DNA of 32,000 bases from Candidatus Saccharimonadota bacterium (GCA_000503915.1 CP006915.1:810001-842000); one strand, 5' to 3'; counted from the first letter of the stretch, positions 24,409 to 30,153 are shown. A program made the numbers and translations. The notes: generated by a model not told the origin, from the letters alone.

Positions 24409-26397
24409 TCAGTAGTTTGTAATTAGTACCTCGACCGTTTTATTATTCTTTGCCATTGAGTGATAGTTAGAGTTTTTGTAGTGATAGTCAAGTTTGTTAA
24501 TGTGGTAGCTGTTTTTTTCCACCCATTTCTTCATTATCTCGTTAACTTCACCTTTATGCTCCAATACGTTTGAGAGGGCGAACCGTATATTTTTTTTATG
24601 TAGCTTAGTGAGCAGAGTGTACAAGTCTTTTTCATCCTTTTCTGTCCAGCCACCCAGCTCATTATAGCTTGCTAAGCCTAGCAGATATGGAGGGTCGAGA
24701 TACACAAAGTCATCTTTTTGCAATTTCATCATTTCTATATCTCGAAAGTCAGCATGTTTGAATGTAATGTTTTTTTCGTTCGCCGCTTGATTGAACGCCG
24801 CAACATTTCTTCTTGAGCTGCCGTTATAGTCACGTTTACCCACGGGTAGATTGAAGTCACCCTTTGAATTGAATCGTATCTGATTATTGAACGAGTAGAG
24901 AACTAGTATGAGTAATAGGTCAATACGTTTTTTAGATTTATTGAACTCATCACGCAACTCAAGAAATGCTTGTTTATTAACTTTTCCAAGCCCAGCCGAG
25001 CTTTCAGCTCCATAAAAATCATAGCCTTTTATGTAGCTCTGACTTAGACCGAACTTATCGATAATATCGACAATTTGTTGATTCAGGTCATCAAAATTAG
25101 TACCTTGTATTAGCTGCAAAAGGTCAATGACATTCTTATTTTTCTCGACACAGATGATACTTTGGGCATCGGCATTTATGCCAACATTTGCACCCCCAGC
25201 AAACACATCGTAAAAAGTATTGATGTTTTCAGGGAATAGCTTTGTAATCTGCGGCAGCAGTTTATGTTTTCCGCCAGTATAGTTGAGGGGTGACTTAACA
25301 TAGCCACTTTGTATAGGGTTTCGCTTTGATGCGACTATGGATTTTTGTGTTGTAGTTGTGCTATTAACTTTACATAAAAAGATTCGTTCTTTCAGATCAT
25401 CTTTGTTTGATTTGCCAGTTGTAAACTGCTTAAAATCAGTCTCGTATATCTGAACCTCGCCTTTTCGCTTGAGGGCAGAGAGTATTTCATGGTCGCTGAT
25501 TCGTGATTGAGAACGTGCGTTGCCAGAACCACCCATATCGTTATAAGAAACGAGAATGTATTTTGCATTGATTGCGTCGATGAGTTCGCCAAAAGCAACA
25601 CCCGCTGATTTCATACTGTACTTACTCTTTATATGGTCTCGATTGATTTTCTTTGCAACGCCAAACACCTCTTGCTTATGCCATGATGCGATGTTTTCCA
25701 GCAAGTGGTAAGCATCAGAATATTGCCGTGAATTATAGGGCGGGTCGATGTATACCACATCGGCTTTTATTTGCTTTACTAACTCATTTGCATCACTTTT
25801 ATATATCGTTGCTTTGTATTTTGAGGATTTTACATTAAGCGGCAGGAGGAATAGCTCTTTCTTAGGAATATCTATTTTTCTATACGCATCGTAGTGTCCA
25901 ACAGTATTTGCGATTCTATCAAGAGCATAGATAAGCGAGGTGAGTAAATATGACTTTTCTCTCGGAGTAATAATCTTTTCTTCAAATAATTTCTCTATAT
26001 CATCTCGAATGATGCCAATTTTCTTTGAGTTTATTTTGTCAAAGTAGGTATTTGCAAAGTTCTTTGAAAAGTAATTGTCATCGTATTTTTCTATGTCTAG
26101 GGAATTATAAACTTTAAGTCGTTTTTTCAGTTTCTCCTCTCTAATTTCATCATTTCCAAAAAAAGCATTATAAGCATGGTGGTTTGAATCGAGGATATCG
26201 TTTACAATGATTTGGGAGCGGTCGTAAAAGTGATTTGCAACCGACCCAGTACCTGCAAAGATATCTGCAAATGAGTTGAACTTTATATTTTCCTTCTGCA
26301 ATATGCTGTCAATAAAGTTTAGTAGCTTTGTTTTTGAGCCAAGATAACGTCTTTGTGTTATACAGAATGATTTATTTCCAAAATATGCATCGTCCAT
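24409..26397 (-). CDS. Fused double N6-adenine DNA methyltransferase (two Dam/D12-class domains)
   Basis: Domain 1: RRYLGSKTKLL, FADIFAGTGSV, DPPYNSRQYSD. Domain 2: LNYTGGKHKLLPQI, FYDVFAGGANVG, DPPYLLGLASY. The ATG at 26397 (MDDAYFGN) is preferred. The ORF track extends to a TTG at 26487. Confidence 0.85.
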   Translation of the reverse strand: MDDAYFGNKSFCITQRRYLGSKTKLLNFIDSILQKENIKFNSFADIFAGTGSVANHFYDRSQIIVNDILDSNHHAYNAFFGNDEIREEKLKKRLKVYNSLDIEKYDDNYFSKNFANTYFDKINSKKIGIIRDDIEKLFEEKIITPREKSYLLTSLIYALDRIANTVGHYDAYRKIDIPKKELFLLPLNVKSSKYKATIYKSDANELVKQIKADVVYIDPPYNSRQYSDAYHLLENIASWHKQEVFGVAKKINRDHIKSKYSMKSAGVAFGELIDAINAKYILVSYNDMGGSGNARSQSRISDHEILSALKRKGEVQIYETDFKQFTTGKSNKDDLKERIFLCKVNSTTTTQKSIVASKRNPIQSGYVKSPLNYTGGKHKLLPQITKLFPENINTFYDVFAGGANVGINADAQSIICVEKNKNVIDLLQLIQGTNFDDLNQQIVDIIDKFGLSQSYIKGYDFYGAESSAGLGKVNKQAFLELRDEFNKSKKRIDLLLILVLYSFNNQIRFNSKGDFNLPVGKRDYNGSSRRNVAAFNQAANEKNITFKHADFRDIEMMKLQKDDFVYLDPPYLLGLASYNELGGWTEKDEKDLYTLLTKLHKKNIRFALSNVLEHKGEVNEIMKKWVEKNSYHINKLDYHYKNSNYHSMAKNNKTVEVLITNY

Positions 26398-26480
26398 ACT
26401 CCCAATATAGCTTAATGTGGTTATGCTAACAATACCGAATTTTAAGATTTTTGGGTTTTGTGGATAAGTGTACTGACTAT

Positions 26481-26504
26481 GGTTCAAGAGGACTGTTCTC
26501 TTAT
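26481..26504. repeat. 24-bp repeat GGTTCAAGAGGACTGTTCTCTTAT (copy 1), with inverted 7-bp arms around a 7-nt spacer
   Basis: Matches 28101-28124 at 23/24. TTAAGAG-gactgtt-CTCTTAT has the architecture of a recombinase core site. It overlaps the methylase-upstream region and the membrane-protein stop. Confidence 0.7.
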
Positions 26505-26863
26505 GTAGGTGCTACGAACAAGAGCCATACCACAACCCCTGAAAGTCCATAGATAAGCAGAACAATTACTCCAATTCCAAATGTCCCCCTTAAGCCCTCA
26601 CGTACTAACTTTGCAACTGGATGGTTTTTTCGCAGCGAGGGTTCAAGTTCTCGCCAAAGTTCTGCTAATTGGTCAAGACAGAAAAGCATAATTAACAAAC
26701 CTGCAATGCTAACTACAAGATCTGGAATAGTGATTGAGATTGCTAATGAGCTTACTCCAAAATGAGCTAAATACGAGTAAAGAAATACGTACGCAAGAGC
26801 ATAGGCAAACGCTGAGGCTATTAGGACACGTGTTCCATCCGTAATCGTGAAGTTACGAAACAT
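26501..26863 (-). CDS. Small integral membrane protein (120 aa, 3-4 TM)
   Basis: ORF track; hydrophobic helices LIASAFAYALAYVFLYSYL, SITIPDLVVSIAGLLIMLF, GIGVIVLLIYGLSGVVVWLLFV. It begins 10 nt downstream of the PurM-like gene. Confidence 0.6.
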   Translation of the reverse strand: MFRNFTITDGTRVLIASAFAYALAYVFLYSYLAHFGVSSLAISITIPDLVVSIAGLLIMLFCLDQLAELWRELEPSLRKNHPVAKLVREGLRGTFGIGVIVLLIYGLSGVVVWLLFVAPT

Positions 26864-26872
26864 ATTAGTTAC

Positions 26873-28015
26873 CTAAAACTCCAGCCACTCACTATCTGAA
26901 CCAGCACCAAGATTGCGAATTTTAATACCTGGCTTTTCTGTTACTACGCCAATCTCTTGTGCAACAACACCGTGCTGCTCGGCAGCCTCAAGAACTTTCT
27001 CTGGTTCGTTAGTTGCAACTACCATACCTGGCCCCATGTGCCATTTTCCATAAGCCGTCCTGTCGTCAAAGCCACGAATCTCTTGCATCTTCAGCATAAT
27101 GTCGGGCGGGGTATTAGGATTACTAATCTCCACACCAAGCCCACTTGGCTCTAACATTCTTCCAATTTTACTGGGCTGACCACCACCAGTTATGTGAGCA
27201 ACTCCAGTCACCCTAGCAAGTGATTCCTTTGCAATGTCATAACCCCCCGTTAATTCAGACATAAAGCCAGAGTAGATTATCGAAGGGGCTTGTACAAGTT
27301 TACCGAGAGCTACATCGCTCAGTGAACGGTCAATTTTGTTGTGCCAGTCTTCACCATATTCTTTCAGCATAGCTTTGCGAACGTCAGTAATTCCATTTGA
27401 ACGGAAGCCGTGTTCGCTAAAACCAACGAGTGTGTTGCCTGCTTCAATTTGATGTCCTGTCAATATACGGTCTTTATGAGCGACCCACAAGATTGCAGCA
27501 CCCCAGTTGTAATTAAACTCTCCAAACCCTCCAACACGGTCTCCAAGCTCTGCCACTTCACCATTCACTACAGCAACCTTTGCAAGCCCTGCAGCCGCTA
27601 CGTAACCGTATGCGAGTTGACGAAGTGCCTCTCGTGTATGTTCTGTATCGTCCAACTGCCGAACATCTAAAATTGTTCCGATTGCGAGTGGCTCAGCGCC
27701 CCGCACAACCGCATCATCACATACCATAGCAAACAAGTCATGAGCCACGGTCGAATGGTTATCCATGCGCTCGGCTATCTCAATTTTTGTACCTACCCCA
27801 TCAAAACCTAGATTGATTTCAAGATTTTCAAAATCTTTATCCTTAAACTGAGAAAGAGGGATTGAACGGAACCCAGAGAAGGATTCATGTGCTTCTCGCA
27901 CTAATCCTGGTCGATTAGCGTGAGTATGCTTCGATGCTTCGTAAAGCATTTTTGAGGCATCGTCTCCTAGTTCAATGTTAACGTCTTGGATTGGTCTGCG
28001 AGATAGTTCTGTCAT
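26873..28015 (-). CDS. PurM/AIR-synthase-superfamily protein (divergent, PurM-like)
   Basis: FDGVGTKIEIAE, HDLFAMVCDDAVVRGAEPL, NGEVAEL, FRSNG and VAHITGGG line up with PurM motifs (DGVGTK, DLVAMCVNDLVVQGAEPL, GGETAEM, SNG, AHLTGGG). It has an N-terminal extension and is AT-rich. Confidence 0.7.
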   Translation of the reverse strand: MTELSRRPIQDVNIELGDDASKMLYEASKHTHANRPGLVREAHESFSGFRSIPLSQFKDKDFENLEINLGFDGVGTKIEIAERMDNHSTVAHDLFAMVCDDAVVRGAEPLAIGTILDVRQLDDTEHTREALRQLAYGYVAAAGLAKVAVVNGEVAELGDRVGGFGEFNYNWGAAILWVAHKDRILTGHQIEAGNTLVGFSEHGFRSNGITDVRKAMLKEYGEDWHNKIDRSLSDVALGKLVQAPSIIYSGFMSELTGGYDIAKESLARVTGVAHITGGGQPSKIGRMLEPSGLGVEISNPNTPPDIMLKMQEIRGFDDRTAYGKWHMGPGMVVATNEPEKVLEAAEQHGVVAQEIGVVTEKPGIKIRNLGAGSDSEWLEF

Positions 28016-28100
28016 GTATCAACTATACAGGACGAAAATAAATGCAAAAAGCATAAGCAACTCTATTACATTAAGCTGGAGTTAGAAACCATGTTTAAGA

Positions 28101-28124
28101 GGTTTAAGAGGACTGTTCTCTTAT
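28101..28124. repeat. 24-bp repeat GGTTTAAGAGGACTGTTCTCTTAT (copy 2), abutting the right ~127-bp repeat
   Basis: See 26481-26504. Its last 7 nt, CTCTTAT, are also the first 7 nt of both long direct repeats. Confidence 0.7.
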
Positions 28125-28246
28125 AACAGGGTCTCACCCTTAACAGATCAAATAAGGCCGGCTTCTATTTTTGAAGAAACCAGGAGTCATAAATCATACA
28201 TACTAATTAAAAAACCGAGGGGCAAGCCTCGATGTCTTAATTGGTG
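28118..28246. repeat. Right copy of the ~127-bp direct repeat; contains the tRNA-Gly(GCC) terminator and ends inside the tRNA 3' CACCA
   Basis: Aligned by eye with 22248-22374. The terminator on the minus strand is CGAGG-cttgcc-CCTCG GTTTTTT (28206-28232). Confidence 0.85.
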
Positions 28247-28317
28247 CGGGTTAGGAGACTCTAACTCCTGGCCTCTTCCATGGCAAGGAAGCGCTCTAAC
28301 AACTGAGCTAAACCCGC
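28242..28317 (-). tRNA. tRNA-Gly (anticodon GCC), CCA encoded, with unusual D and T loops
   Basis: GCGGGTT TA GCTC AGTTGTTA GAGC G CTTCC TTGCCAT GGAAG AGGCC AGGAG TTAGAGT CTCCT AACCCGC A CCA. The D-loop lacks GG (GU instead), and the T-loop is UUAGAGU rather than UUCRANU. Confidence 0.85.
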
Positions 28318-28365
28318 ATATGTGATCAGTGATATATTAGTCACTGGATGAAATGTACAAACATG

Positions 28366-28441
28366 AGCTTTCTTGGCCTGGCAACTCTTCACTCTAACAG
28401 CTGACCTGCCCGCCGGGCGTGACAGGCGGGGCTAAACCCGC
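28366..28441 (-). other. Pseudo-tRNA-Gly(GCC) 5' portion with a GC-hairpin insertion in the D-loop (short member of the hairpin family)
   Basis: Minus strand reads GCGGGTTTAGC [CCCGCCTGTCACGCCCGGCGGGCAGG] TCAGCTGTTAGAGTGAAGAGTTGCCAGGCCAAG. The flanks follow tRNA-Gly(GCC) through the TTGCCA anticodon loop. No T-arm or 3' acceptor is present. Confidence 0.6.
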
Positions 28442-28460
28442 ATGTTGTTTTCAAGGAGTA

Positions 28461-28489
28461 ATTATAGATGAACAGAGCGTTAATTTCAA
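28461..28489 (-). promoter_or_regulatory. Near-consensus promoter TTGAAA-17 nt-TATAAT reading into the pseudo-tRNA element and tRNA-Gly(GCC)
   Basis: Minus strand reads TTGAAA ttaacgctctgttcatc TATAAT. The element begins 19 nt after the -10 box. Confidence 0.6.
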
Positions 28490-28501
28490 CATTACTCATA
28501 G

Positions 28502-28532
28502 AAAAACACCGACGCTCTGGTTCGGTGTTTTT
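28502..28532 (-). terminator. Rho-independent terminator after tRNA-Phe
   Basis: Minus strand reads AAAAACACCGA-accagagcg-TCGGTGTTTTT. Confidence 0.75.
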
Positions 28533-28534
28533 CC

Positions 28535-28610
28535 TGGTGGCTCCTACTGGACTTGAACCAGTGACACAAGGCTCTTCAGGCCTCTGCTCTACCAACTGAG
28601 CTAAAGAGCC
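28535..28610 (-). tRNA. tRNA-Phe (anticodon GAA), CCA encoded
   Basis: GGCTCTT TA GCTC AGTTGGTA GAGC A GAGGC CTGAAGA GCCTT GTGTC ACTGG TTCAAGT CCAGT AGGAGCC A CCA. Confidence 0.92.
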
Positions 28611-28634
28611 TCGTCGGCGTTCACTATCAACCTC

Positions 28635-28658
28635 AACTTTTAAACTAGTTTAAAAGTT
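28635..28658. repeat. Perfect 24-bp palindrome AACTTTTAAACTAGTTTAAAAGTT in the divergent tRNA promoter region
   Basis: Read directly; it is 25 nt upstream of the tRNA-Phe 5' end. Confidence 0.8.
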
Positions 28659-28813
28659 TCGATTTCCCGTTACGCCTCCTCTCAATTTTTCAAACAGTCG
28701 CTTTGCTCCTTGGTTTAAAAAATTGGGGTGCCGCAACACGGAACGAGAACACTCATCATTGTAGCTAAACTAGGGTAAAATCACAAGTCAAACCTTGCTA
28801 CAATGAACTTAAC

Positions 28814-28858
28814 GCGGGTATCGTATAACGGCCACCCGGGTGACCTTCCCCCGCCTGT
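28814..28858 (+). other. Left half of a split hairpin-family element (acceptor-like GCGGGTA ... CCTTCCCCCGCCTGT)
   Basis: GCGGGTATCGTATAACGGCCACCCGGGTGACCTTCCCCCGCCTGT. Its reverse complement, ACAGGCGGGGGAAGGTCACC, matches the segment after the hairpin in element 4391-4579 (ACAGGCGGGGGTAAGGCACC). An extended -10-like TGCTACAAT lies just upstream. Confidence 0.55.
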
Positions 28859-28860
28859 AC

Positions 28861-28934
28861 GCGAGATTAGTATAGTGGCAGTACGCTTGCTTCCCAAGCA
28901 AGAGGCGCCAGTTCGATTCTGGTATCTCGCACCA
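28861..28934 (+). tRNA. tRNA-Gly (anticodon CCC), CCA encoded
   Basis: GCGAGAT TA GTAT AGTGGCA GTAC G CTTGC TTCCCAA GCAAG AGGC GCCAG TTCGATT CTGGT ATCTCGC A CCA. Confidence 0.9.
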
Positions 28935-28951
28935 AGCATAAGCATTATGAT

Positions 28952-28973
28952 CTCTGTTAATTCAGAGGTTTTT
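28952..28973 (+). terminator. Terminator after tRNA-Gly(CCC)
   Basis: CTCTG-ttaatt-CAGAG GTTTTT. Confidence 0.6.
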
Positions 28974-28985
28974 AAATTATTTGCA

Positions 28986-29014
28986 TTGACAAATATACTA
29001 TTTTAAGTTAAAAT
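28986..29014 (+). promoter_or_regulatory. Consensus promoter TTGACA-17 nt-TAAAAT for the winged-helix ORF
   Basis: TTGACA at 28986-28991 and TAAAAT at 29009-29014. A strong SD, AAAGGAGGTG, lies at 29041-29050. Confidence 0.65.
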
Positions 29015-29055
29015 ATGATAACTTCACCTATCTCTATTTGAAAGGAGGTGAAGAG

Positions 29056-29460
29056 ATGGAGATGACCCAGTCAATCAAGCTGGTCGGAAAGCCCGAAGAC
29101 GTCATCCGAGATGCAACACTGCTGCAAGAGTTCTTGGAGGGTCTGGAGACTGCCGCGGGCGAGATCCCCGATGTCGGCAATCACCAAGAGTGGCCGACAT
29201 ACGTCGATGGGCTTCTGGAGTTCCAGGGCGCTAGCGTGACTGTTTCCGAGAAGCTCGGACGTACGCTGTCGATCCTCCTGTATGCTCATGGCTCACTGGT
29301 CACGCGCAAGACACTCCAAGACATCGTTGTCGAAGAAGGCAAGAAGCCCAACGAGGCACTAGTGCGGATATCACGTCTGCGCGCACTGCTGTCGAAGGAC
29401 ATGCCTAGACTCGAGATCGAGTCAGTGGGTACCGGCTACAGGCTCAAGATCGTCGACTGA
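29056..29460 (+). CDS. Small protein with a C-terminal OmpR/PhoB-type winged-helix DNA-binding domain (no receiver domain)
   Basis: The ATG at 29056 sits 5 nt after AAGGAGGTG (the ORF-track TTG at 29038 is less likely). The C-terminus LSILLYAHGSLVTRKTLQDIV...EALVRISRLRALL...IESVGTGYRLKI follows the Trans_reg_C pattern. Codons are GC3-rich (about 60% GC in a spot count), unlike the neighbours. Confidence 0.7.
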   Translation: MEMTQSIKLVGKPEDVIRDATLLQEFLEGLETAAGEIPDVGNHQEWPTYVDGLLEFQGASVTVSEKLGRTLSILLYAHGSLVTRKTLQDIVVEEGKKPNEALVRISRLRALLSKDMPRLEIESVGTGYRLKIVD

Positions 29461-29617
29461 CAATCAGTTCCTCCATCCCATCACCCTCATGAAAGGAATG
29501 CACCCTCTGGGAGCCCCTCAAATGAGGGTGCTTCCATATCTGACAAAGTTCTAAGTGTGTCGGTGAGGGGGCACCAAAATACGAGACGGGAGGCAAGGTT
29601 GAGACAGGAGTTCGACT

Positions 29618-29663
29618 CCCCGCCTGTCTGTTCGACAGAACGGGCAGGTCCTTACCCGCACCA
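29618..29663 (+). other. Right half of the split hairpin-family element: complete GC hairpin plus a tRNA-like 3' end TACCCGC-A-CCA
   Basis: CCCCGCCTGTCTGTTCGACAGAACGGGCAGGTCCTTACCCGCACCA. The hairpin differs at 2 positions from the 4532-4563 copy. TACCCGC is the exact complement of GCGGGTA at 28814-28820. Confidence 0.55.
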
Positions 29664-29712
29664 TTACCGATAAGAATCGGGTAATTCACACCCGCTACCG
29701 TGGAAACCAGAT

Positions 29713-30090
29713 CTATTTCCGCAAAGCTCCTAGTAAAGGGATGCTAAGAAACACCATTATTGCTACGTCCACGAGGACGTTTATATAAACCCCGTAGATT
29801 ATAGAAATAATCGCCTCAAACACGAGCCATGCACCAATACCAAGCAACAGTATCTTCGTAAGCTCATGATCCTTCTTCTGAATCGCACGACGGCCTACTA
29901 GAAGCAGCAAAATGCTAAACCCAATGAAACTGGCGCCATAAAGTCCCTGACTCCACTTTTTAAAGAATGCCTCTGGTACAATTTTTTGGTAAATGGGTAA
30001 GCCCTCCAGTCCAAATACTGCATAAAAAATCCCAAATACGATACCGATAAGTCCGGCGATAGTTATCCATAGAAGATACTTCTGTTTCAC
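29713..30090 (-). CDS. Small integral membrane protein (125 aa, 4 TM)
   Basis: ORF track; helices LLWITIAGLIGIVFGIFYAVF, ASFIGFSILLLLVG, LLLGIGAWLVFEAIISIIYGV, VDVAIMVFLSIPLLG. Confidence 0.6.
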   Translation of the reverse strand: MKQKYLLWITIAGLIGIVFGIFYAVFGLEGLPIYQKIVPEAFFKKWSQGLYGASFIGFSILLLLVGRRAIQKKDHELTKILLLGIGAWLVFEAIISIIYGVYINVLVDVAIMVFLSIPLLGALRK

Positions 30091-30153
30091 TCATAGTATT
30101 ATAGTGCAAAGCTAGATGAAAGCGATACTCTATACACAGGTTCTCTCCGTATA

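Noticed and set aside
29461-29663. The 3' part of a one-piece tmRNA, suggested by pseudoknot-like tracts, GGAGTTCGACTCC and a terminal ACCCGCACCA.
   Set aside because: The required 5' partner GCGGGTA with a GGAUUCGAC-type segment is not within 400 nt upstream. That space is filled by a well-supported wHTH ORF with its own promoter and SD. GGAG/CCCCG does not make a canonical 5-bp T-stem. The 5' partner lies 800 nt away, at 28814, across an apparent insertion.
29444-29689. An 81-aa minus-strand ORF across the structured tail and hairpin.
   Set aside because: It overlaps the wHTH stop and the hairpin element, and it is open because of GC richness. It has no start context and the sequence is not protein-like.
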